64,000 nt of DNA, taken from Candidatus Algichlamydia australiensis. Its GTDB lineage: Bacteria > Chlamydiota > Chlamydiia > Chlamydiales > JAJFMI01. Both the position numbers and the translations under genes were made by a program. The notes under the pieces were generated by a model. The model had not been told where the DNA came from and did not search any database. It worked only from the letters and a program-made list of their open reading frames with translations. Positions 8,219 through 18,408 of this stretch are shown here, piece after piece. How positions within the stretch are numbered: the first letter of the stretch is position 1; the number at the start of each line of letters is the position of its first letter. Where the stretch lies: NCBI GenBank assembly GCA_033977065.1, contig JAXCHI010000004.1:416001-480000 (forward strand), written 5' to 3'.

Positions 8219-10923
8219 TAAGCTGCAGGGGGATTAGATTCTTTGTGCATAAGTCTTGCTGCTTCTATGAATCGTTTGCGACTGGGCTCGTAGGCAAGGT
8301 TTGTATAGCGATTTGCAACCTTTTTACAAGATGTACTGGCTATCTTTCGTACTCCATCACCAAGCCAAAATAAGGTGATGAATTGATGAATAACTAATTG
8401 CTGAAATTGGAGTTTATTCATCGAAATAATGTCTAGGCTTATGAATTGTGCTGCTCTCCTAGTAAGATCTAAGGGAATCAAATTAAGAACGAACTTAGCA
8501 AATAAAATTCCAAAAATAATTTTGATGGAATTGTTTTTCATATAATCAAAACTTTTCATCCCCATATTCACCATTCGAACAGCCTCGATAGGAGATTTGT
8601 TTATAAAGAAGGGAACGATGTATTGAGGAATAATTCTTTCAGCTAAATAGTAAAATTTATAAGTACTATAGATGGCCAAGATTACAGTGGCAATTGCGGT
8701 TGCAACTTTTGTAATGTCATAGTCTAGAACATCTGAAATACGTGATGGAGCATAACAGAGGGTGATCCTCTTCCAGTCAGGATACTCTTCCTCAAGTAAT
8801 CTAGATCTATTCTGTTTCCACGCTTTTTTATGTATGCTGGTCAATTTGCTTATCTCATAATGGCTATCATCTAGTAGCTCGACCCTCTTATTTTGGAGAG
8901 TTCCGTGCGGTAACTTTTTGCCCTTTTTAGTGTAATCGGAAAGTACTTCAATGGTGTTTGGTTTTGCTGATACACCGCAGACGATATCCCTGTCTTTTGA
9001 TGTAACTTCTCTTGTTGGTAGAGGAGGAATTTCAGAGCTCGATTGGGGGAGAAAAATCCCTTGCGAAACAAGGATCCATTCAATGATCTCTTTTGATAAG
9101 CCTTCATCTTTGATCTTTGTTAGGTCAATAGCAAAGAGAAATTCAGGTTTTCTTTCATTTTTTAGACATGTTGAAACAATTTCTTGAACTTCTTCCGGTG
9201 ATCCATCAAGCATTCTTTTTGCTTGCGCATGATCTATACGGATTGCTTCTAGATTAATCATTCGAATTTTTTCTTCTTGAATAAGGTCACTTTTGAAATC
9301 TTTTAAATCAAATGTCTTGTTTACTTGAATGAGTGGAAAAATTTTATCCGAGAAGAGCTTGAAGGTGTCGGATAAGGAAAATCTTTCGGCTGATTTATAA
9401 CCTTGCCCTTGAAGCCATGGTACTACTTCATCTATTTCCAAAAGTTCTTCTATAAACTTTTCAGCTTTATCACAAGAAGGGAGTTGAATGTTTTTCCCTC
9501 TCAGATATACCAGAAGACCTAATAAGGTCTCTAAATCTCTCTTTTTTGTTTTGTGTTCTTCAATATCTGAATTATTTTGAATTTCAGAAATTTTTTCTGC
9601 AATAGCAATAGGATCATCGTCATCATCTTCAGGCTTCCATTCACCCATTTGATCTGTAATCCAGTCGGTAATTTGATCCCGAAAGGCTTGACTAGCTTTT
9701 ACTCGCTCTTGAACAACTTCGATGATGCAGTCAACTGTGTAGACTTCAAAAAATAGGGGCAAATATTTCCCGGTATATAAAGTGGATGAGAGATGTTCAA
9801 TGATGTTTTCTGTACCTGGAAGTCCAAGAACTCCACCGAAGGATTGCATGTAATTTGTATAGTCATGCGTATCACGGCCTAAATGTTTGTTGACTTGACC
9901 TTTGGCTATTTCAAGGCGCTTCTTTGCAAGAGCATCTTCTAGGCTATTTTTAAGTGTTTCCCCTTCAATCTCTCCTTCACCACAAAAAGTATAATAACAC
10001 TCCATTGCTTCACCCATGAATCTAGTTGCGCAATGATTCCCAGATCCAGCGAGATCAACAACAAGTCGAGAGCGATCCTCTAAAACATTTTTGTATTCAT
10101 TTTTGTTTTCTTCAGTCCAATTTTCTGGGTTGGGATTTTTTCTATTGAATTCTTCTAGTTTACTTTCTACTTCATATAAAGAGGCGCGAACAGCATTCTC
10201 AATTTGGAGGTAAAAGGCGGCGACTTTAGGGGCGTCATAGGCGGGAGGAGCACCAAGAATAGCGATGCGATTCTGTACACAATTTACAAAGCGTGTGATG
10301 CCTTCTTTTAACTTTGCTTCAGATTTGCCTTCGGGAGCAGAGACATATCCTGGCTTAGATGGATCACTTAGGTTGACTGTCTCAAATATTTTTAACAAAT
10401 TTCCAACTTGTATCTTTTCAGGTATGTGACTAACATCAATTTCTCTTGAAGAACTTCGCATATGAGAGAAGTTGATTCCACTCTCACCATAGAGAGATAG
10501 ATCGGTTTTACCCTCGTGTATGTAGATTTTTCTTAATTCATGAAAATTTGTAGAAACAAAGCATCCAGCAAGCGAGAGAATCCAGTTTGCAATTCTAACC
10601 AGTGCGATAATAGGATTGGCAGGTATTGTGTAGGAATAATGATTGAGTCCACTCCATATTGTATTGACAGTCATTGGAGTGAAAACAATGTTGCGAAAAG
10701 AGAGGGGTGAATAGCGTAAGGTGGCCCAAGCAGATTTTAAAGGGACTGTGGTTGTTTTGAAGATGACTTCGAAGCAAGACTCAACAGTTGAAATAATATC
10801 TTTACCTTCATTTAAATCTTTAGTTGGTTTAATGCTGTATTGGGATAAATCTACCGAGTAAGGTGGATTTTCAATAAGTTTTAATGACATTTTTGAACGG
10901 ATTTTGTATTTATTTGCCAACAT
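8218..10923 (-). CDS. Large hypothetical protein with C-terminal TM segments, candidate effector
   Basis: 901-aa AT-rich ORF; Cys motif GNHCATRF followed by RLEI...DTH...GGVLGLPG. Confidence 0.75.
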   Translation of the reverse strand: MLANKYKIRSKMSLKLIENPPYSVDLSQYSIKPTKDLNEGKDIISTVESCFEVIFKTTTVPLKSAWATLRYSPLSFRNIVFTPMTVNTIWSGLNHYSYTIPANPIIALVRIANWILSLAGCFVSTNFHELRKIYIHEGKTDLSLYGESGINFSHMRSSSREIDVSHIPEKIQVGNLLKIFETVNLSDPSKPGYVSAPEGKSEAKLKEGITRFVNCVQNRIAILGAPPAYDAPKVAAFYLQIENAVRASLYEVESKLEEFNRKNPNPENWTEENKNEYKNVLEDRSRLVVDLAGSGNHCATRFMGEAMECYYTFCGEGEIEGETLKNSLEDALAKKRLEIAKGQVNKHLGRDTHDYTNYMQSFGGVLGLPGTENIIEHLSSTLYTGKYLPLFFEVYTVDCIIEVVQERVKASQAFRDQITDWITDQMGEWKPEDDDDDPIAIAEKISEIQNNSDIEEHKTKKRDLETLLGLLVYLRGKNIQLPSCDKAEKFIEELLEIDEVVPWLQGQGYKSAERFSLSDTFKLFSDKIFPLIQVNKTFDLKDFKSDLIQEEKIRMINLEAIRIDHAQAKRMLDGSPEEVQEIVSTCLKNERKPEFLFAIDLTKIKDEGLSKEIIEWILVSQGIFLPQSSSEIPPLPTREVTSKDRDIVCGVSAKPNTIEVLSDYTKKGKKLPHGTLQNKRVELLDDSHYEISKLTSIHKKAWKQNRSRLLEEEYPDWKRITLCYAPSRISDVLDYDITKVATAIATVILAIYSTYKFYYLAERIIPQYIVPFFINKSPIEAVRMVNMGMKSFDYMKNNSIKIIFGILFAKFVLNLIPLDLTRRAAQFISLDIISMNKLQFQQLVIHQFITLFWLGDGVRKIASTSCKKVANRYTNLAYEPSRKRFIEAARLMHKESNPPAA

Positions 10924-10973
10924 TCTAGCAAAATCTCAAATGAAAATCAAAGGTTTTTGCTATACTCGGTTGG

Positions 10974-12323
10974 ATGAAACGTGAAGAGTGGAAGTCCCGT
11001 TTAGGGTTTATTTGGGCGGCTGTTGGTTCAGCGGTCGGGTTAGGAAATATTTGGCGTTTTCCCTATGTTGTGGGAGAAAATGGTGGCGCTCTTTTTGTGC
11101 TCCTCTATCTACTTTGTTTGGCGGCTGTTGCATTTCCTATTTTAGTTGCTGAAATATTGATTGGTCGCAAGGCTAAAAGCAGTCCATTTCAGAGTTTTAA
11201 AAGTTTGGGGCGCTCAAGAATTTGGGGATTAGGCGGAAAATTAACTATTGTAACTGGCTTTTTAGTGAGCTCTTTTTATGGGGTAATTGCAGGTTGGACA
11301 CTGGGCTATTTGGTTCAGGCCTTTTTTGGAAATTTAACAAATTTCACAAGTGGTGCTGAAGCTGTTTCCTATTTTGAAAAAGTGACGAGTTCACCATTCT
11401 GGTCAATTGGGACTTTTTTCCTTCTAATGGGCTGTTGCTATTGGATTTTATCTAGCGGTGTGAAAAAGGGAATTGAAGGGGCGAACAAGGTGATGATGCC
11501 TCTTTTGATGTTTGTTCTTCTCTTGCTTGCTTTCCGCGGTCTTCTTTTGCCTGGTGGGACAAAGGCATTAAAATTTCTCTTTTCTCCCGACTTTTCACAG
11601 CTATCCGGAAAGGTGGTTTTAATGGCGCTTGGGCAGGCCTTTTTCTCTTTGAGTTTGGGGCAAGGAACGATGGTTACGTATGGGAGTTATTTGAGTCAAA
11701 AAGAGAATGTAACCACAACAACCCTCCCCATTGCACTCTTTGGAATTTTTATCTCTATTTTTGCTGGAATGGCGATCTTTTCAATCGTCTTCACTGCTGG
11801 CGGATCAGTCTCATCTGGTGAAGGTCTAATGTTTGAGACTCTGCCTGTGATCTTCTCTAAAATGCATGGAGGATATTTCTTCTGTTTGCTCTTTTTTGGG
11901 CTGATTTTCATGGCGGGATTGACATCGCAAATTTCCGCACTTGAACCCCTGATTGCCTATCTCGTTGATGAGAAAAGGTGGAAGAGAAAAAGGGCAACAC
12001 TTACCGCAGTGATCGCTTCGTTTGCTGTGGGAATTCCTAGCGCGCTTAGTTTTGGCCCCTGGAAAGAGGTTCGGTTTTTTGGAAAAAACTTTTTTGAAAT
12101 TGTTTCAGGAGGTGCGGTTAACCTTCTGATTCCTATCGGAGGGCTACTTGCAGCACTTTTTGCTGGGTGGCGCTGGGGTTTAAAAAAATCTATGGCGCAC
12201 CTCCACGAGGGAGCAGATGAGCTTTTAGAGCGAAAGCCATTCATCGAAAGTTATTTACGTTTTACAATAAAATATCTGGCACCCCTTATTATTATAATAA
12301 TATTATTTGATCAATTAATCTAA
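10974..12323 (+). CDS. Sodium-dependent transporter, NSS/SNF family
   Basis: REEWKSRLGFI...GSAVGLGNIWRFPY..GENGGA; QAFFSLSLG. Confidence 0.95.
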   Translation: MKREEWKSRLGFIWAAVGSAVGLGNIWRFPYVVGENGGALFVLLYLLCLAAVAFPILVAEILIGRKAKSSPFQSFKSLGRSRIWGLGGKLTIVTGFLVSSFYGVIAGWTLGYLVQAFFGNLTNFTSGAEAVSYFEKVTSSPFWSIGTFFLLMGCCYWILSSGVKKGIEGANKVMMPLLMFVLLLLAFRGLLLPGGTKALKFLFSPDFSQLSGKVVLMALGQAFFSLSLGQGTMVTYGSYLSQKENVTTTTLPIALFGIFISIFAGMAIFSIVFTAGGSVSSGEGLMFETLPVIFSKMHGGYFFCLLFFGLIFMAGLTSQISALEPLIAYLVDEKRWKRKRATLTAVIASFAVGIPSALSFGPWKEVRFFGKNFFEIVSGGAVNLLIPIGGLLAALFAGWRWGLKKSMAHLHEGADELLERKPFIESYLRFTIKYLAPLIIIIILFDQLI

Positions 12324-12366
12324 TTAATGTAATTAGGAATTAAGTTTAATATAATAGTATTGTTGT

Positions 12367-14256
12367 GTGATAATAAGTTACTTAACACCGCTCCTCCTTA
12401 TGGTGTTGCCCTCGATCTGGGTCAGATGTTTTGTACTCCAACCCAAAATCATTGCCGGAAAGAGGGCCTTTTTTCCCGCGCTTTCTCTACTTATGATCGG
12501 CTTTGCTGCCGATCTCTTTGTCCTCTTTGAACAGCTTTTGATCTCCTGGCTTCCCATCCCTCAATCGCGTCTTCTCTTCCTCTTGGCGGTGATGATCATG
12601 CAAGGTCTAATTATTTTTGATGGGTATCTAGTAATGACTTCCAATATCCGCATGGAAGTAGGCTACCTTCACTTTTGTCGCGATATTGGCTCTTTTTGGG
12701 ACTCCGGCAAAGATCGCAGTGGTTTTACAGCCCTTCTTCCTCTGCTCTTGCTCTATATGGGATCTCTTGGCTATTTTTTGATTTTTCATCCGATACCTGA
12801 GCCCTCCTTACATGTCGGTGTTGTTGGTGCTATTTTGGGATTGGTCGTTATTTTTGCAGGAACATTTTTGCCCATGTCTCTTCTATGTGATGCAGCTCCC
12901 ATCTCCTTGCGCCATCAGTTCTTTTTTCTACGTAGAGGAAAGGAGATGTTGCTTTCTAAAAAGCGTGTGCGTCTTGATGAAGATGTCTTTTTTACCCGTT
13001 TTGAAGAGGCGCGTTTTTTGGATCCTGCTTACCCTCTCTTCCGTAAGACAAAAGGCTTTTCTGGTGATGAAATATTTTCTATTCGAATGGAAAAAGATGA
13101 AAGACCCAATATTGTTTTCCTCTTTTTAGAGTCGATGCGGGCACGAGATATGGGGGCGTATGGTGCCAGACACGGTGTAACCCCAAATTTCGACCGCTAT
13201 GCAAAGCAGGGCGTTCTTTTTGAAAATTTTTATAGTAACTCGGTTAAGACGTCGCGTTGCGCTATGGCGGCCCTTTTTGGTATGGCATCAGATAGCGACG
13301 GAATGGGTGTGCCTGCAAAGATAGAAAACTCTTTGATTAGTATGGCTGATATCTTGCGCGATGAAGGGTACGAGACGGCTTATCTACACAACGGCGCGTT
13401 AAAATTTGAAAATCAGCGCGATTACTTCAAGCGACATGGCTATGACCATGTGATGGGAAAAGCGGAGATTCAAACTCTATGTCCTGGCGCTCCTGAAACT
13501 AGTTGGGGAGTGCATGATGAGTATATGATGCGCTACGGAATGAAATTTTTAAATGAGCGGAAAAATAAACCTCTTTTTATGACCCTCTTTACGATTTCAA
13601 CGCACCATCCTTGGCGCCTTCCTCCAGGCGTCGCAGCACAGCCACCCCTAACAAATGCTACTTCGTATGAGCGCTATTTGCAGACAGTTTCGTATGCAGA
13701 TAGCTCTCTTGGTCTTTTTTTAGACCATGCGCGCCGCACAGGACTTTCAAAGAATACGATATTTTTTATTTTGGGAGATCACGGCTTTGCGATGGGGGAG
13801 CACGAGAAAAATTTTAACCAGCAGCGTGGCCTTTATGAGGAGCAAGTCCACGTGCCGCTCCTTGTCTATGCCGACGGCCGCCTTGAGGGAGGGCAGAGGA
13901 TTGCGCAGCTTGGCTCGCAACTCGATCTTTTGCCAACCGTTTGCGATCTTTTAAACCTCTCTCCGATTCACCACGCGATGGGAGCTTCTTTGTTGCGCGT
14001 TTACGAGAAGAAGCCCGTGTTTTTTCATAATCCGTATATGTATGGCTACTTTGGTGTTCGTCAGGGAGAGTTGAAACTAATTTATCTGAAGAAGACACGC
14101 CAGGTCGAGCTCTACGATCTCTCTTCCGACCCCTTTGAGACCCGCGATCTCGCCTCTTCTCGTCCTGATTTGGTAGCAGAACTTCTTCCGAAAGCGAAGG
14201 CTTATGAGAAAGGGCTCTCTTCACTCTATCTCTCTCGGAGGGTAGCCCCCCTCTAA
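12367..14256 (+). CDS. LTA synthase/sulfatase-family membrane protein
   Basis: N-terminal TMs; PNIVFLFLES, TISTHHPW, GDHG, SQLDLLPT. Confidence 0.85.
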   Translation: MIISYLTPLLLMVLPSIWVRCFVLQPKIIAGKRAFFPALSLLMIGFAADLFVLFEQLLISWLPIPQSRLLFLLAVMIMQGLIIFDGYLVMTSNIRMEVGYLHFCRDIGSFWDSGKDRSGFTALLPLLLLYMGSLGYFLIFHPIPEPSLHVGVVGAILGLVVIFAGTFLPMSLLCDAAPISLRHQFFFLRRGKEMLLSKKRVRLDEDVFFTRFEEARFLDPAYPLFRKTKGFSGDEIFSIRMEKDERPNIVFLFLESMRARDMGAYGARHGVTPNFDRYAKQGVLFENFYSNSVKTSRCAMAALFGMASDSDGMGVPAKIENSLISMADILRDEGYETAYLHNGALKFENQRDYFKRHGYDHVMGKAEIQTLCPGAPETSWGVHDEYMMRYGMKFLNERKNKPLFMTLFTISTHHPWRLPPGVAAQPPLTNATSYERYLQTVSYADSSLGLFLDHARRTGLSKNTIFFILGDHGFAMGEHEKNFNQQRGLYEEQVHVPLLVYADGRLEGGQRIAQLGSQLDLLPTVCDLLNLSPIHHAMGASLLRVYEKKPVFFHNPYMYGYFGVRQGELKLIYLKKTRQVELYDLSSDPFETRDLASSRPDLVAELLPKAKAYEKGLSSLYLSRRVAPL

Positions 14257-15292
14257 ATTCCTGTATTACACGTAGAGCAATTGGCCCCGCTTTAACCCTG
14301 TCATCGTTTGCAAGGAGTATTACTCCCAATTCTTCTTCGGGATCAATTGCAATAAATGAGACAAATCCCTCCAAACTCCCTGAATGAACAAAGTAGCAGC
14401 TCTCCTCATTGCAGTAGTGGCAAAACCCGAGAGACCATCCTAAATTTTTCCGTTTGTACTGGGGTTGCATCATCTTTTGAATGGAACTCTGGCGCAAGAT
14501 TTTTCGATTGCTATAGCCTAAAAACATCTCTACAATTTTTGATAAATCATAAAGATTTGAGTAGAGACCAAAAGCACTTGTCATCCCTTTAGTAGCAATA
14601 TGGCAATTCTTTTCTCGAACGCCCTCTTTGTATCCCCAGGCGTAGTGGTTAGGAATCTTTTTTGGAGGTTTACAAACCGTGCTTTGCATTCCAAGAGGTT
14701 GGAAAACCTTTCGTTTTAAGTATTGTGGATAATTAAGACCAGAAGCCTTTTCTACAATCCAGCCTAAAATGACATACCCTAAATTGGAGTAGAGGAGAGC
14801 TTGACCTGGTTTGTAGCTCATCGACTCTTTTGGCAGGTGTCTCTGCAAATGTCCTTTCGTTGGGTATCCTTTTTTAACTCTGCCATAAGCAAAATAGGGC
14901 TCTCTCTTTATTCCTGAGCTATGTGTAAGCAAGTCTTTGATTGTCATCGACTCTCTGCGTGAGTAAGAGTGCATACGAAACCAAGGAAGGTGCTTTTCAA
15001 CTGGGTCGGATAGGTTCAATAATCTCTTTTCTGCTAATTGTAAAATTGCAATTGCGGAAAAAATCTTTGTAAGAGAAGCAATGCGAAAAATTGTATTTTC
15101 TGTAGCAGGAACATTTTTTTCGTGGTTAGCTAAACCCTTGGGATAGGTCCAAATTAATTGGTTTTTTGATACAACGCCAATTGCAACACCCTCGTCATGG
15201 GGAAAGTGGTTGGAAAGCCATCCTTCCAAGTGTTCTTGATTGGCTATAAGTGAGCCACAAAAAATGAGAAAAACAGTGAAAATACGCCACAC
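13814..15292 (-). CDS. Secreted beta-lactamase-family serine hydrolase with a C-terminal run-on overlapping the neighbour
   Basis: Signal peptide; ASLTK (SxxK), LLTHSSG, YSN, HSG; domain ends near 14260. Confidence 0.85.
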   Translation of the reverse strand: MWRIFTVFLIFCGSLIANQEHLEGWLSNHFPHDEGVAIGVVSKNQLIWTYPKGLANHEKNVPATENTIFRIASLTKIFSAIAILQLAEKRLLNLSDPVEKHLPWFRMHSYSRRESMTIKDLLTHSSGIKREPYFAYGRVKKGYPTKGHLQRHLPKESMSYKPGQALLYSNLGYVILGWIVEKASGLNYPQYLKRKVFQPLGMQSTVCKPPKKIPNHYAWGYKEGVREKNCHIATKGMTSAFGLYSNLYDLSKIVEMFLGYSNRKILRQSSIQKMMQPQYKRKNLGWSLGFCHYCNEESCYFVHSGSLEGFVSFIAIDPEEELGVILLANDDRVKAGPIALRVIQEFRGGLPSERDRVKRALSHKPSLSEEVLLPNQDEKRRDRGSQRGRKRDRRARPGVSSSDKLVSTLPDEHQSSHTYTDYEKTRASSRKRATKKLPSRGESERGLKDRKRLAKDRVASQAAQSSALPQGGRRHRQGAARGLAPHKGHAAG

Positions 15293-15346
15293 GGTAATGC
15301 GTCACTATACACGAATTAATGGTAAAAAGCGAGAAGATTTCTGTCT

Positions 15347-15940
15347 CTATGTAGGACGTCTACCAGAGGTACTCCAACTTGTTGTTGCAGGGGGCGCGCC
15401 ACTACCAAAATAAGAAGTTTGTTGCGGAGGCCTTCCTAGACTGGCCCCAGCGCCGGCTCGCAGTCCGGTTGTTCTATACGTAGTGGTCGCAGGGGGCGCG
15501 CCACTACCAAAATAAGAAGTTTGTTGCGGAGGCCTTCCTAGACTGGCCCCAGCACCGGCTCGCAGTCCGGTTGTTCTGTACGTATTGGTTGCAGGGGGCG
15601 CACCACCACCAAAAGAAGTTTGAGAAGATATGTGTCTGTAGGGCGTGTGAGAGTATCTGTTGCTTGGATACCTTCGGTGTCCTCCTCCTAAATCGAAAGA
15701 GAAGATAGGTCGTATAGCGATTGAGATACGACTAAAGTTATCCAAAAAGAGATAAACAAGAAAAAACGTTAGAGCAGTGTAGGTATAAGATTTTGTTTTT
15801 TTATAAGTAAATACTGAAGCAGCGAGTGATATTGAAGCCTTCATTAAAAGTAGGATGGGATCATTCTTAGAAACATCAGGGTTCTGTGGAACTTCGCGTA
15901 AACTTTGTGGGTTGAGATGGTTTGGATCAACTTGGGGCAT
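15347..15940 (-). CDS. Inc-like membrane protein with 34-aa tandem repeats
   Basis: Bilobed hydrophobic region followed by a G/P/T/S-rich repeat tail. Confidence 0.65.
   Translation of the reverse strand: MPQVDPNHLNPQSLREVPQNPDVSKNDPILLLMKASISLAASVFTYKKTKSYTYTALTFFLVYLFLDNFSRISIAIRPIFSFDLGGGHRRYPSNRYSHTPYRHISSQTSFGGGAPPATNTYRTTGLRAGAGASLGRPPQQTSYFGSGAPPATTTYRTTGLRAGAGASLGRPPQQTSYFGSGAPPATTSWSTSGRRPT
15385..15622. repeat. 102-bp coding tandem repeat, ~2.3 copies
   Basis: GCAGGGGGCGC recurs at 15387, 15489 and 15591. Confidence 0.95.
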
Positions 15941-15950
15941 TCTTTAAACC

Positions 15951-16523
15951 TCAGTTTAGTTTTGCTGCAGTTCCATTTTTGGTGTTCCAGCAGTACAGGT
16001 AATATTTTGGTCCGCCAGCGCAACACTCTTGTCGAGGATTATTGAGACCAATAGAAATAATGTGTCCTGGTTCCCAGCTATGCATCTCTTTTGAAAGAAC
16101 AAAATTGCAAATTTGTCCCGCGTTCGACTGAATGACTGCGTATGTTCCTGCGTAGTCAATAGAGCGCAAAACAAAAGTTGGAGGAATATCAACAAAAGGG
16201 CCATTAGCCGGATCCACGAATACGTGGCCGTTTGTACGATTATTTAACAGAATAAATTTTCCTCTATTCCATGTGGTATTGGGACAAAATGTAATGAGAT
16301 CACCTTGCATCCATGTTTTTAGGACATATCTCAACTCCGGTTTAACAGCCCAGATGCTTGTGTCGTCTAGCTCAACTGTAATACCCTCATCGCCAATGCT
16401 GCGGAGGGAGCGCGCTTCGGGAGCATAAAAATATTGTTGTTGAGGTGGATAATGGTACTGATTTGAGAAGAGGGGGAGAGCTAAAAAAAGAAGAAAAATT
16501 TGAGTAAGCTTTTTCATATACAT
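15951..16523 (-). CDS. Secreted hypothetical protein
   Basis: N-terminal signal peptide; 190-aa ORF. Confidence 0.7.
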   Translation of the reverse strand: MYMKKLTQIFLLFLALPLFSNQYHYPPQQQYFYAPEARSLRSIGDEGITVELDDTSIWAVKPELRYVLKTWMQGDLITFCPNTTWNRGKFILLNNRTNGHVFVDPANGPFVDIPPTFVLRSIDYAGTYAVIQSNAGQICNFVLSKEMHSWEPGHIISIGLNNPRQECCAGGPKYYLYCWNTKNGTAAKLN

Positions 16524-16535
16524 CCTTTAATTGGG

Positions 16536-16559
16536 AGGGGCAAATGGAAATTTGCCCCT
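16536..16559. terminator. 10-bp stem-loop between two minus-strand genes
   Basis: AGGGGCAAAT-GGAA-ATTTGCCCCT; no clear U-tract. Confidence 0.4.
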
Positions 16560-16575
16560 ACTCGTTTTCTTTGCT

Positions 16576-16878
16576 TTATGCAGGGAGGGTTTTGTGTGGC
16601 CAAGCGTGGAGCTTAAGCTCATCTGTAAGCTTTTTTTCGCTATCATCGGATGCGATTGGCTCTTCTGCATTACACAGGAATTGCAATGTACACTCTTTTT
16701 CTTCTTCTGCTACTGTAGTTGATGCAATATCATCGGTTGTTTCTGTTGCAGCACTTAAAACTTGCTCCTCATTCACAACTTGCGCTGTCTCTTCTTCTAC
16801 AACTTGTGCAGTCTCTTCCTCAGCATAAGCTGCAGAAATGAGTCCCAAAAATGCAAAAGCAGTCATCCATTTTTTCAT
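16576..16878 (-). CDS. Small acidic secreted protein
   Basis: Signal peptide ending AYA; EEETAQVV duplicated; upstream AGGAG RBS. Confidence 0.7.
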   Translation of the reverse strand: MKKWMTAFAFLGLISAAYAEEETAQVVEEETAQVVNEEQVLSAATETTDDIASTTVAEEEKECTLQFLCNAEEPIASDDSEKKLTDELKLHAWPHKTLPA

Positions 16879-16976
16879 ACCTATCTCCTGGTTAATAATG
16901 AAAGAGCTATGGTAGCTTATCGGGAATTTAGTGAAAAGAAATAATGCAGAAATTGATGATAATCAGGTAAAAATAG

Positions 16977-17894
16977 GTGATGGCACTACACCCTATATTA
17001 GCTGAAATTATCGCACAAACCGAAGCTGCTCATCTTCCACCTCTTTCTGATCAATCAATAGAGCAGGTACGAAAAAATTTCGCTCTTCTAACACGTTGGC
17101 AAGGGGATCGCGCTCCTCTTCCAAAGGTAGAGAGCCATGTCATTAAGGGCTCTTCTGGTGATCTGCCGTTGCGAATTTTTTATCCTGAAGTGGATAAGAA
17201 ACTTCCTGTCTGTCTCTATTTTCACGGGGGATCTTATGTCAAAGGAGATTTAGAGACGCACGACCCCATTTGCAGGCATTTAGCAAAAAATTCAGGGGTT
17301 GTGATTGTTGCTCTGCAGTATCGTCTAGCACCTGAATCGACTTTTCCTGCTCCCATTGAAGATGCTCTTACTTTAATCAGCTGGATTGAGCAACAGCAAA
17401 AGCAGCTACAGATCGATCCTTCACAACTTTGCGTTGCTGGAGATAGTGCTGGCGGCAATCTAGCTGCACTACTTACTCATAAGTTGAAAAATCGTTTTAA
17501 ATTACAAGCTCTGATCTATCCGCAGCTCGACTTCTCTTTTAGCCTGGAGTCACATAAGAAATTTGCTAAGGGCTTTTTGCTTGAAGAAGAGTCTTTAGTC
17601 TGGGCGCGAAGCCTTTATGTCCCTAAGGGGATAGATTATCAAGATCCTGAACTCTCGCCACTTTTTGCTAGTGATTTCGGCGGACTACCCCCAACCTTTC
17701 TTTTGACAGCTGAGTATGATCCTCTGCGCGACGAGGGTGAGCTCTACGCGAAGAAATTGATAGAGGCCGGAGTTCCGGTCACCTCTCATCGTTTCGAAAG
17801 CATGACGCACGGTTTTGTCGGTTTAAGTCTACTTTTAGAGCCAGCAGAGCAAGCTTTGCTTGATGTGGCAAAAGCAATCCGCGAGGCAGTGTGA
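16977..17894 (+). CDS. HSL-family esterase (Aes-like)
   Basis: FHGG, GDSAGG, DPLRDEG, HGF. Confidence 0.92.
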   Translation: MMALHPILAEIIAQTEAAHLPPLSDQSIEQVRKNFALLTRWQGDRAPLPKVESHVIKGSSGDLPLRIFYPEVDKKLPVCLYFHGGSYVKGDLETHDPICRHLAKNSGVVIVALQYRLAPESTFPAPIEDALTLISWIEQQQKQLQIDPSQLCVAGDSAGGNLAALLTHKLKNRFKLQALIYPQLDFSFSLESHKKFAKGFLLEEESLVWARSLYVPKGIDYQDPELSPLFASDFGGLPPTFLLTAEYDPLRDEGELYAKKLIEAGVPVTSHRFESMTHGFVGLSLLLEPAEQALLDVAKAIREAV

Positions 17895-18367
17895 AAAAAT
17901 TCCTTTTTCTCTTTCTGGCCCTCCCTCTTTTTTCTGATCATCCCAAACTCTTGATGATGGGAGCTGGGGTCTTTGATGTAGACCGGAAACACCCCTTGTT
18001 CCAATATCAACTAGAATATCGATCTGATTATGAAATTTTCCTTTCAGACCCTCTCTTTATTCGTCCACTTGTAGGATTTATGGGGACAACTAAGGGAGCT
18101 CTTTACCTCTATACAGGTATCGCTTTCGACGTTTTTTTAGGCAAGAGTCTTGTCTTTACTCCTAGCTTTGCTCCAGGCCTCTACTACGACGGGGGAGGGA
18201 AGAGCTTGGGGTTTCCTTTGGAGTACCGCTCTACCGTAGAGCTCGCCTATCGTACTGAAACAGAAGCGCGCATAGGTTTTCAATTCTATCATATTTCAAA
18301 TGGCAGTGTAGGTAGGAAAAACCCTGGTACTGAATCTCTTGTATTTTTTCTTGCTTTTCCTCTTTAA
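17891..18367 (+). CDS. PagL-like lipid A deacylase / acyloxyacyl hydrolase
   Basis: Signal peptide, beta-barrel pattern, HISNG...NPG motif. Confidence 0.75.
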   Translation: MKKFLFLFLALPLFSDHPKLLMMGAGVFDVDRKHPLFQYQLEYRSDYEIFLSDPLFIRPLVGFMGTTKGALYLYTGIAFDVFLGKSLVFTPSFAPGLYYDGGGKSLGFPLEYRSTVELAYRTETEARIGFQFYHISNGSVGRKNPGTESLVFFLAFPL

Positions 18368-18408
18368 AATAATAATCGATTCTATTATAAAATTAAGTTG
18401 TAAGAATT

